Source of the DNA: Eledone cirrhosa
Lineage: Eukaryota
Direction: 5' to 3'
Length of the DNA: 64,000 nucleotides
Assembly: GCA_964016885.1 (NCBI GenBank)
Contig: OZ024745.1
Coordinates: 64,294,001-64,358,000, forward strand
This document shows, piece by piece, positions 1 through 11,799 of this stretch. The translations under genes and the position numbers were made by a program. The notes under the pieces were generated by a model, which worked only from the letters and a program-made list of their open reading frames with translations, made no database searches and was not told where the DNA came from. How positions within the stretch are numbered: the stretch's first letter is position 1; every line of letters begins with the position of its first letter.

Positions 1-751
1 CCTGATTTCTTTTACAAATTACGTCCCCCTGATTTTTTTTTACAAACTATCTCCCCGTTTTTTTTACAAATTCTCTTCGTTTTTTTTACAAATTATCTCC
101 CCGTTTTTTTACAAATTATTTCCCCTTTTTTTTACAAATTATCTCCCCCTGATTTTTTTTACAAATTGTCTCTGATTCTTTTTACAAATTATCTCGCCCT
201 GATTTTTTTTACAAATTATCTCCCCGTTTTTTTACAAATTATCTCTTCCTGTTTTTTTACGAAATATCTCCCCCTGTTTTTTTTTACAAATTATCTCCCC
301 CTGATTTCTTTTATAAATTATCTCCCCCTGATTTTTTTTTAAAATTATCTTCCCCTGATTTTTTTACAAATTATCTCCCCCGGATTTTTTTCATGAATCA
401 TCTCCCCGTTTTTTTTACAAATTATCTCCTGATGTTTTTTACAAATTATCTCTCCCTGTTTGTTTTACAAATTATCTCCCTATTTTTTTTTACAAAATAT
501 CTCCGCGTTATTTTTTTTGTAAAAATTACCTCCCCCTGATTTTTTTTACAAATTATCTCCGCGTTTTTTTTACAAATTATGTCCCACTGATTTTTTTTTA
601 TAAATTATCTCTCCCTGATTGTTTTTACAAATTATCTCCCCCTTTTTTTACACATTATCTCCGCGTTTTTTTACTAATTAACTCCCGATTTTTTTTATAC
701 AAATTGTCTCCCCCTGATTTTTTTTAGAATTTATATCCCCCTGATTTTTTT

Positions 752-1168
752 TTACAAAATATCTCCCCCTGATTTTTTTTTACAAATTATTTACCTCGGA
801 TTTTTTTTACAAATTATCTCTCCCTGATTGTTTTTACAAATTATCTCTCCCTTTTATTTTACACATTATCACCGCTTTTTTTACAAATAATCTCCCCCTA
901 TTTTTTTTACAAATTATTTCCCCCTGATTGTTTTTACATATTGTATCCCCCTGATTTTTTTACAAAATATCTCCCCCTGATTTTTTTTTACAAATTATTT
1001 ACCTCGGATTTTTTTTACAAATTATCTCTTCCTGATTGTTTTTACAAATTATCTCCCCCTTTTATTTTACACATTATCACCGCTTTTTTTACAAATAATC
1101 TCCCCCTATTTCTTTTACAAATTATTTCCCCCTGATTGTTTTTACATATTGTATCCCCCGGATTTTTT
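752..1168. repeat. 208-bp (8-monomer) tandem higher-order duplication in satellite A
   Basis: Rare variant ACCTCGGA occurs at 793 and 1001. ACACATTATCACCGC and ACATATTGTATCCCC are also repeated at the same spacing. Confidence 0.9.
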
Positions 1169-3261
1169 TTACAAATTATCTCCTCGATTTTTTTACAAAT
1201 TATCTCCCCCGGATTTTTTTTATAAATTATCTCTCCTTGATTGTTTTTACAAATTATCTCCCCCTTTTTTTTACACATTATCTCCGCGTTTTTTTACAAA
1301 TTATCTCCCGATTTTTTTTTTACAAATTGTCTCCCCCTGATTTTTTTTAGAATTTATCTCCCCCTGATTTTTTTTACAAAATATCTCCCCCTGCTATTTT
1401 TTACAAATTATCTCCCTCTGATTTCTTTTATAAATTATCTCCCACAGATTTTTTTATAAATTATCTCCCCGTTTTTTTTACAAATTAACTCTCCCTGATT
1501 ATTTTTACAAATTATCACCCCCTTTTATTTTACACATTATCTCCTGTTTTTTTACAAATTATCTCCCCGTTTTTTTACAAATTATCTCCTGCTGTTTTAT
1601 TTACAAATTATCTCTCCCTGATTTTTTTTACAAATTATATCCCCCTGATTGTTTTTACAAATTATCTCCCCTTGTTTTTTTTTACAAATTATACCCCCCT
1701 GATTTCTTTTACAAATTATCTCCCCCTGATTTTTTTTACAAATTATATCCATCTGTTTTTTTTACAAAGTATCTCCCCGTTTTTTTACAGATTATCTCCT
1801 CCAGTTTTATTTTACAAATTATATCCACCTATTGTTTTTACAAATTATCACGCCCTCAATTTTTTTACAAATTATCTCCCCCTGATTTTTTTTACAAATT
1901 ATCTCTTCCTGTTTTTTTTACAAAATATCTCCCCGTTTTTTTTTACAAATTATCTCCCCTTGATTTCTTTTACAAATTATCTCCCCCTGATTTTTTTTTA
2001 CAAATTATCTGCCCGTTTTTTTTTTAAATTATCTCCCCCTGCTTTTTTTCACAAATTATCTCCACCGATTGTTTTTACCAATTATCTCCCCCTCATTTTT
2101 TTTTACAAATTATCTCATTTTTTTTATAGATTATCTCCCCCTGATTTTTTTTACAAATTGTCTGATTTTTTTTACAAATTATCTCCCCGTTTTTTTACAA
2201 ATTATCTCTTCCTGTTTTTTTTACAAAATATCTCCCCCTGCTTTTTTTTTACAAATTATCTCCCTCTGATATCTTTTATAAATTATCTCCACCTGATTTT
2301 TTTAAAAAAATTATCTCACCCGGATTTTTTTTACAAATTATCTCCCACGGATTTTTTTTAAAAATTATCTCCCCGTTTTTTTACAAATAATCTCCTGATT
2401 TTTTTCACAAATTATCTACCCGTCATTTTTTTTACAAATTATCTCCTTATTTTTTTACAAATTATCTCCCCCTTATTTTTTTTACAAATTATCTCCCCGT
2501 TTTTTTTAAAAATGATCTCTTTTTTTTACAAAATATCTCCCCGTATTTTTTTACAAATTATCTCCCTCTGATTTCTTTTACAAATTATCTCCCCCTGATT
2601 TCTTTTTACAAATTATCTCCCCCTGATTTTTTTTTACAAATTATCTCCCCCGCATTTTTTTGACAAATTATCTCTTCCCCATTGTTTTTACTAATTATCT
2701 CTCCCGGATTTTTTTAATAAATTATCTCCCCTTTTTTTTACACATTATCTCCGCGTTTATTTTACAAATTATCTCCCCCTGATTTTTTTAAAAATTTATC
2801 TCCCCCTGATTTTTTTAGAAATTATCTCCACCTGATTTTTGTTACAAATTATCTCCCCCTCATTTTTTTTACAAATTATTTTCCCCTTATTTTTTTTACA
2901 AATTATCTCACCGTTATTTTACAAATGATCTCCCGCTGTTTTATTTACAAATCATCTCTCCCTGATTTTTTTTACAAATTATTTCCACCTGATTGTTTTT
3001 ACAAATTATCTCACCCTCATTTTTTTTACAAATTATCTCCCCTGATTTCTTTTACAAATTATATCCCCCTGATTTCTTTTACAAATTATCTCCCCCTGAT
3101 TTTTTCAAAAATTTATCACACCCTGATTTTTTTTAGAAATTATCTCTGTTTTTTTACAAATTATCTCTACCTGATTTTTTTTACAAATTATCTCCACATG
3201 AATTTTTTTACGAATTGTCTCGCCCTGATTTTTTTTATAAATTATCTCTCCCTGATTGTTT

Positions 3262-3410
3262 TTACAAATTATCTCCCCCTTTTATTTTACCCATTATCTC
3301 CGCTTTTTTTACAAATTATTTGCCCCTGTTTTTTTACAAATTATCTCCCCCTTTTATTTTACCCATTATCTCCGCTTTTTTTACAAATTATTTGCCCCTG
3401 TTTTTTTTAC
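3262..3410. repeat. 72-bp (3-monomer) tandem duplication in satellite A
   Basis: ACCCATTATCTCCGC occurs at 3289 and 3361, and the TTTGCCCCTG variant is also repeated. Confidence 0.88.
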
Positions 3411-6309
3411 AAATTATCTCCCCTGATTTTTTTAACAAATTATCTCGCCCTGATTTTTTTAACGAATTATCTCCCCTTATTTTTTTTACAAATTATCTCT
3501 TCCTGTTTTTCTTTACAAATTATCTCCCCCTGATTTTTTTTACAAATTATCTGCCCCTGTTTGTTTTACAAATTATCTTCCGCTGATTTTTTACAAATTA
3601 CCGCCCCCTGATTTTTTTCACAAATCATCTCCCCCCTTTTTTTTACACATTATCTCCTGTTTTTTTTACAAATTATCTCCCCTGATTTCTTTTACAAATT
3701 ATATCCCCCTGATTTCTTTTACAAATTATCTCCCCCTGAGTTTTTTTTAAATTTATCACACCCTGATTTTTTTTAGAAATTATCTCCACATGAATTTTTT
3801 TACAAATTATCTCCCCCTGTTTGTTTTACAAATTATCTCGCCGTGATTTTTTTTACAAATTATCTCCCCATGTTTTTTTTACAAGTTATCTCTTCCTGTT
3901 TTTTTTAACAAATTATCTCCCCCTTATTTTTTTTACAAATTATCTCCCCCTGATTTTTTTACAAATTATCTCCCCGATTTTTTTTACAAATTATCTCCTC
4001 CTGATATTTTTTACAAATTATCTCCCCCTGATTTTTTTACAAATTATCTCCCCCTGTTTTTTTTACAAATTATCTACCCCTGATTTTTTTTCCAAATTGT
4101 CTCCCCTGATTTTTTTTCCAAGTTAACTCGCCCTGATTTTTTTTACAAATTATCTCTCCCTGTTATTTTACAAATTATCTACCTATTTTTTTTACAAATT
4201 GTCTCCCCTTTATTTAACAAATTATCTCCCCCAGTTTTTTTTACAAATTATCTCTTCCTGTTTTTTTTACAAATTATCTCCCTCTGATTTTTTTTACAAA
4301 TTACCTCCCCCTGATTTTTTTTACCAATTATCTCCCCCGTTCTTTTTACACATTATCTCCTGTTTTTTATACGAATTATCCCCCCCCCTCATTTTTTTTA
4401 CAAATTATCTCCATCTGTTTTTTTACAAATTATCGCCCCCTGATTTTTTTTACAAATTATCTCGCCCTGATTTTTTTTTACAAATTATCTCTTCCTGTTT
4501 TTTTTAACAAAATATCTACCCTGATTTTTTTTTACAAATTATCTCCCCTTGATTTCTTTTACAAATTATGTCCCGCTGATTTTTTTTACTAATTATCTCC
4601 CCTTGATTTCTTTTACAAATTATCTCCCCCTGATTTTTTTTTACAAATTATCTCCCCGTTTTTTTTTAAAATTATCTCACCCTGATTTTTTTTACAAATT
4701 ATCTCTTCCTGTTTTTTTTACAAAATATCTACCCCTGATTTTTTTTACAAATTATCTCTCCCCCTGATTTCTTTTACAAATTATGTCCCCCTGATTTTTT
4801 TTACAAATTATCTCCCCTTGATTTCTTTTACAAATTATCTCCCCGTTTTTTTACAAATTATCTCCTCGTTTTTTTTACAAATTATCTCCCCCTGTTTTTT
4901 TTTACAAATTATCTCCCTATTTTTTATTACAAATTATCTCCGCGTTTTTTTACGAATTATCTCCCCGTTATTTTACAAATTATCTCCCCCTTTTCTTTTT
5001 TACAGATTATCTCTTCCTGTTTTTTTTTACAAATTATCTCCCCCTGATTTTTTACAAATTATCTCCCCCTGATTTTTTACAAATTATCTCCCCTTGATTT
5101 TTTTTACAAATTATCTCGCCGTGATTTTTTATACAAATTATCTCCCCCTGTTTTTTTTACAAACTATCTCCCCGTTTTTCTTTACAAATTATCTCCCCCT
5201 TATTCTTTTTACAAATTATCTCCCCCTGTTTTTTTACAAATTATCTCTTCCTGTTTTTTTCACAAATTATCTACCCGTGTTTTTTTTACAAATTATCTCC
5301 CCTGCTTTCTTTCACAAATTATCTCCCCCTGCTTGTTTTACAAATTATCTCCCCCTGATTTTTTTAACAAATTATCTCCGCCTGATTTTTTTTATAAATT
5401 ATCTCCCCGTTTTTTTACAAATTATCTCCTGATTTTTTTTACAAATTATCTCCCCCTGATTTTTAAAAAATTACCTCCCCTGATTTTTTTTACAGATCTC
5501 CCCCTTTTTTTTTACACATTATCTCCTTATTTATTTCAAATTATCTCCCCGTTTTTTTTACAAATTATCTCTCCCTGATTTCTTTTTACAAATTATCGCC
5601 CCCTGTTTGTTTTTACAAATTATCTGCCCCTCATTTTTTTTACAAATTATCTGCCCCTTAATTTTTTTACAAATTATCTCGCCCTGATTTTTTTACTAAT
5701 TATCTCTCCCTGTTTTTTTACACATTATCTCCGCGTTTTTTTACAAATTATCTCCACGGTTTTTTTACAAATTATGTACCCGTTTTTATACAAATTAGCT
5801 CCCTCTGTTATTTATACGAATTATCTCTTCCTCTTTTTTTAACAGATTATCTCCCCGTTTTTTACAAATTATTTCCCCCTGATTTTTTTACAAATTATCT
5901 CGCCCTGATATTTTTTACAAATTATCTCCCCCTTTTTTTTAATACAAATTATCTCTTCCTCATTTTTTACATATCTCCCCGTTTTTTTTACAAATTATCC
6001 CGCCCTGATTTTTTTTACGAATTATCTCCCCCTGTTTTTTTACAAACTATCTCTTCCTGTTTTTTTTATAAAATATCTCCCCCTTTTTTTTTTTACAAAT
6101 TTTCTACCCCTGATTTCTTTTACAAATTATCTCCTCCTGATTTTTTTTTACAAATTATCTCCCCCGGAATTTTTTTTCAGATTATCTCTCCCTGATTGTT
6201 TTTACAAATTATCTCCCCCCTTTTTTTACACATTATCTGCGCGTTTTTTTACATATTATCCTCCGCTGATTTTTTTTAGAATTTATCTCCCACTGTTTTT
6301 TTTTACAAA

Positions 6310-9300
6310 TTATCTCCCCCTGTTTTTTTTACAAATTATCCCTTCCTGTTTTTTTAACAAATTATCTCCCCCTGTTTTTGTTTTACAAATTATCTCCCCC
6401 ATATTTTTTTTACAAATTATCACCCCCTGATTTTTTTTACAAATTATCTCTCCCTGATTATTTTTTACAAATTATCTCCATCTGTTTTTTCTACAAATTA
6501 TCACCCCTGATTTTTGTTACAAATTATCTCCCCCTTTTTTTTATAAATTATCTCCCCCGGTTTTTTTTACAAATTATCTTCCCCTTATTTTTTTTTACAA
6601 ATTATCGCCTGCTGATTTTTTTTACAAATTATCTCAATCTGTTTTTTTTACAAATTATCTCCCCCTGATTTTTTTTACAAATTATCTCCCACTGATTTTT
6701 TTTTACAAATCATCTCCCCCCGAATTTTTTTACAAATTATCTCTCCCTGATTGTTTTTATAAATTATCTCCCCCTTTTTTTAACACATTATCCGCGTTTT
6801 TTTACAAATTATTTCCCCCAGAATTTTTTTACAAATTATCTCCCCCTGTATTTTTTACAAATTATCTCCCCCTGTTTTTTTTTACAAATTATCTCCCCCT
6901 ATTTTTTTACGAATTATCTCCCCCTGATTTTTTTACAAATTATCTCCTCCTGATTTTTGTTTTAAATTATCTCCCCTGATTTTTTTACAAATTATCTCGA
7001 CCTGATTTTTTTTACGAATTATCTCCCCCTGTTTTTTTTACAAATTAACTCTTCCTGTTTTTTTCAAAAATTATATCCCCCTTTTTTTTTTTACAAATTA
7101 TCTCCCCGTGATTTCTTTTACAAATTATCTCCCCCTGTTTGTTTTACAAATTATCTCCCCCTGATTTTTTTTTACAAATTATCTCCCCGTTTTTTTTATA
7201 ATTCATCTCCCCCTGTTTTTTTACAAATTATCTCCCCCTGATTGTTTTACAAATTATCTCCCTATTTTTTATTACAAATTATCTCCCTGTTTTTTTACAA
7301 ATTATCTCTCCCTGATTTTTTTTACAAATTATCTCCCCCTGATTGTTTTTACAAATTATCACCCCTCATTTTTTTACAAATTATCTCCCCTTTATTTTCT
7401 TTACAAATTATCTCCCTCTGATTTTTTTTACAAATTATCTTCCCGATTTTTTTTACAAATTGTTCCCCCTGATTTTTTTTACAAATTATCTCCATCTGTT
7501 TTTTTTACAAATTATCTTCCCCTGATTTTTTTTACAAATTATCTCCACCTGATTTTTTTAACAAATTATCTCGCCCTGTTTTTTTACAAATTATCTTTTC
7601 CTGTTTTTTTTACAAAACATCTCCCCGTTTTTTTACAAATTATCTCACTCTGATTTCTTTTACAAATTATCTCCCCCTGATTTTTTTTTACAAATTATCT
7701 CCCCGTTATTTTACAAATTATCTCCCCCTGTTTTTATTACAAATTATCTCTTCCGGTTTTTTTTACAAATTATCTCCCCATGATTTATTTTTACAAATTA
7801 CCTCCCTCTCATTTTTTTACAAATTATCTCCCTCTTTTTTTTTACACATTATCTCCTGTTTTTTTTACAAATTATCTCCCCCTGTTTTTTTTACAAATTA
7901 TCTCCGCGTTTTTTTTTACAAATTATCGCCCCGTTTTTTTTACAAATTATGTCCCCATTTTTTTTACAAATTATCTCCCCCTGTTTTTTTTACAAATTAT
8001 CTCCCCGTTTTTTTTACAAATTATCTCCCCCTTTTTTTACAAATTATCTCCGTGATATTTTTTACTAATTATCTCGCCGTGATTTTTTTTACAAATTATC
8101 TCCCCCTGTTTTTTTTACAAATAATCCCTTCCTGTTTTTTTAACAAATTATCTCCCCCTGTTTTTGTTTTACAAATTATCTCCCCCATATTTTTTTTACA
8201 AATTATCTCCCCCTGATTTTTTTTACAAATTATCTCTCCCTGATTTTTTTTTACAAATTATCTCCATCTGTTTTTTCTACAAATTATCACCCCTGATTTT
8301 TGTTACAAATTATCTCCCCCTTTTTTTTATAAATTATCTCCCCCGGTTTTTTTTACAAATTATCTTCCCCTTATTTTTTTTTACAAATTATCGCCTGCTG
8401 ATTTTTTTTACAAATTATCTCCCACTGATTTTTTTTACAAATTATCTCAATCTGTTTTTTTTACAAATTATCTCCCCCTGATTTTTTTTACAAATTATCT
8501 CACACTGATTTTTTTTTACAAATCATCTCCCCCCGAATTTTTTTACAAATTATCTCTCCCTGATTGTTTTTATAAATTATCTCCCCCTTTTTTTAACACA
8601 TTATCCGCGTTTTTTTACAAATTATTTCCCCCAGAATTTTTTTACAAATTATCTCCCCCTGTATTTTTTACAAATTATCTCCCCCTGTTTTTTTTTACAA
8701 ATTATCTCCCCCTATTTTTTTACGAATTATCTCCCCCTGATTTTTTTACAAATTATCTCCTCCTGATTTTTGTTTTAAATTATCTCCCCTGATTTTTTTA
8801 CAAATTATCTCGACCTGATTTTTTTTACGAATTATCTGCCCCTGTTTTTTTTACAAATTAACTCTTCCTGTTTTTTTCAAAAATTATATCCCCCTTTTCT
8901 TTTTTACAAATTATCTCCCCTTGATTTCTTTTACAAATTATCTCCCCCTGTTTGTTTTACAAATTATCTCCCCTGATTTTTTTTTACAAATTATCTCCCC
9001 GTTTTTTTTATAATTCATCTCCCCCTGTTTTTTTACAAATTATCTCCCCCTGATTGTTTTACAAATTATCTCCCTATTTTTTATTACAAATTATCTCTCC
9101 GTTTTTTTACAAATTATCTCTCCCTGATTTTTTTTACAAATTATCTCCCCCTGATTGTTTTTACAAATTATCACCCCTCATTTTTTTACAAATTATTCCC
9201 CCTGATTTTTTTTACAAATTATCTCCATCTGTTTTTTTTACAAATTATCTTCCCCTGATTTTTTTTACAAATTATCTCCCCCTGATTTTTTTACAAATTA

Positions 9301-9380
9301 TCTCGCCCTGTTTTTTTACAAATTATCTTTTCCTGTTTTTTTTTACAAAACATCTCCCCGTTTTTTTACAAATTATCTCC
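6310..9380. repeat. ~1.3 kb segment duplicated in satellite A (~6310-7640 and ~8095-9375)
   Basis: The variant order is the same in both copies. ORF-track translations at 6378 and 8164 match (offset 1786). The offset becomes 1813 after a one-monomer gain (6711 vs 8524) and 1733 after loss of about three monomers (7611 vs 9344). Confidence 0.9.
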
Positions 9381-11799
9381 ATCTGATTTCATTTACAAAT
9401 TATCTCCCCCTTTTATTTTACCCATTATCTCCGCTTTTTTTACAAATTATCTGCCCCTGTTTTTTTTACAAATTATCACCCCCTTTTTTTTTACAAATTA
9501 TCAGCCCCTGTTTTTTTTACAAATTATCTCCCCCTGATTTTTTTTACAAATTATTTCCCCATGATTTCTTTTACAATTATCTCCCACTGATTTTTTTTAC
9601 AAATTATCTCCATCTGTTTTTTTTACAAATTATCTGCCCGTTTTTTTACAAATTATCTCCGGTTTTTTTTACAAATTATTTCCACCGATTGTTTTTACAA
9701 ATTATCTACCCCTCATTTTTTTTTACAAATTATCCCCCTGACTTTTTTTTACAAATTGTCTCCCCTGATTTTTTTTACAAATTATCTCGTCCTCATTTTT
9801 TTTACACATTATCTCTTCCTGTTTTTTTTTACAAATTATCTCCCCCTGATTTCTTTTACAAATTATCTCCACCTGATTTTTTTAAAAAAATTATCTCCCT
9901 CTGATTTTTTTACAAATTATCTCCTCCGGATTTTTTAATCCAAATAAAAAACGTGGCACCCAAATAAAAAACGGACCACCCATAAAAAACGGTGCAACCA
10001 AATAAAAAATGGAACACCCCATAAAAACGGGACACCCAAATAAAAAAACTGACCCCCCCATAAAAAAGAAGCACCCAAATAAAAAAACGCCCCCCCAAAA
10101 AAAACGGGCACCCAAATAAAAAACGGGGCACCCAAATAAAAAACAGGGCACCCAAATAAAAAACGGACACCCCATAAAAAAACGGGGCACCCAAATAAAA
10201 AATGGGGCTCCCAAATAAAAAAACGGAGCCACCCATAAAAAAGGGGCACCCAAATAAAAAACGCGTCATCCAAATAAAAAACGGACTCCCCCATAAATAA
10301 GTGGGGCACCCAAGTAAAAAACGTGGCACCGAAATAAAAAATGGACCCCCCCATGAAAAACGGAGCACCCAAATAAAAAACGGACCCCCCATAAAAAAAC
10401 GGGGCACCCAAATAAAAAACCGGGCACCCAAATAAAAAAGGACACCACATAAAAAAATGGGGCACCCAAATAAAAAACGGGGCACCCGAATAAAAAACGA
10501 ATTCCCCTATAAAAAACGGCGCACCCAAATAAAAAACGGACCCCCCAATAAAAAACGGGGCACCCAAATAAAAAACGGACCCCCCCATAAAAAACGGGGC
10601 ACCGTATTAAAAAACGGGGCACCGAAATAAAAAACGGAGCACCGAAATAAAAAACGCCCACCCCTAAAAAAACGGGGCACCCAAATAAAAAACGGGACAC
10701 CCAAATAAAAAACGGACCCCCCCATAAAAAACGGGGCACCCAAATAAAAAACGGACCCCCCCTAAAAAAACGGGGCACCCAAATAAGAAAATGGGCACCC
10801 AAATAAAAAACGGACCCACCCATAAAAAAGGGGCATCCAAATAAAAAACGGGTCACCCAAATAAAAAACGGAATCCCCCATAAAAAAACGGACCCACCCA
10901 AATAAAAAACAGGGCACCCAAATAAAAAACAGGGCACCCAAATAAAAAGCGGACACCCCATAAAAAAACGGGGCACCCAAATAAAAAATGGGGCACCCAA
11001 ATAAAAAACGGAGCCACCCATAAAAAAGGGGCACCCAAATAAAAAACGGACTCCCCCATAAATAAATGGGGCACCCAAATAAAAAACGTGGCACCCAAAT
11101 AAAAAATGGACCCCCCCATGAAAAACGGGGAACCCAAATAAAAAACGGGGCATCCAAATAAAAAACGGACCCCCCCATAAAAAAACGGGGCACCCTAATA
11201 AAAAACGGACACCCCCATAAAAAACGGCGCACGCGAATAAAAAACGGACCCCCCATAAATAAATGGGGCACCCAAATAAAAAACGGGGCACCCAAATAAA
11301 AAAGGACCCCGCATAAAAAAATGGGGCACCCAAATAAAAAACGGGGCACCGAAATAAAAAACGGGGCACCGAAATAAAAAACGCCCACCCATAAAAACGG
11401 GGCACCCAAATAAAAAACGGGGCACCCAAATAAAAAACGGGGCACCTAAATAAAAAACGGCCCCACCCATAAAAAAGGGGCACCCAAATAAAAAACGGGT
11501 CACCCAAATAAAAAACGGAATCCCCCATAAAAAAACGGGGCACCCAAATAAAAAACGGGGCATCCAAATAAAAAACGGACCGCCCAAATAAAAAACGGGG
11601 CACCCAAATAAAAAAGGGGCTCCCAAATAAAAAACGGACCCCCCAATAAAAAACGGGGCACCCAAATAAAAAACGGACCCCCCAATAAAAAACGGGGCAC
11701 CCAAATAAAAAACGGACCCCCCATAAAAAACGGGGCACCGAAATAAAAAACGGGGCACCGAAATAAAAAACGGAGCACCGAAATAAAAAACGCCCACCC

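Larger units (their letters stand above)
1..9936. repeat. Satellite A: degenerate tandem array of 23-28 bp units (ACAAATTATCTCCCCCTGATTTTTTTT; short form ACAAATTATCTCCCCGTTTTTTT), ~380 copies, probably continuing left of the window
   Basis: Near-invariant core TTTTACAAATTATC recurs continuously, followed by a variable C-rich segment and a T-tract of variable length. An 8-unit block spans 208 bp (mean 26 bp). The copy number is an estimate from length divided by 26. Confidence 0.97.

Noticed and set aside
941-9938. Plus-strand F/Y/L/P-rich ORFs in satellite A
   Set aside because: They are translations of the repeat (FFTNYLPLI, FFYKLSPPD, FLQIISP) that switch frame at homopolymer indels, with no coding signature.
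9935-9938. TTAA at the junction as a piggyBac target site
   Set aside because: No terminal inverted repeats, transposase or second target duplication are visible, and a 4-mer is not evidence alone.
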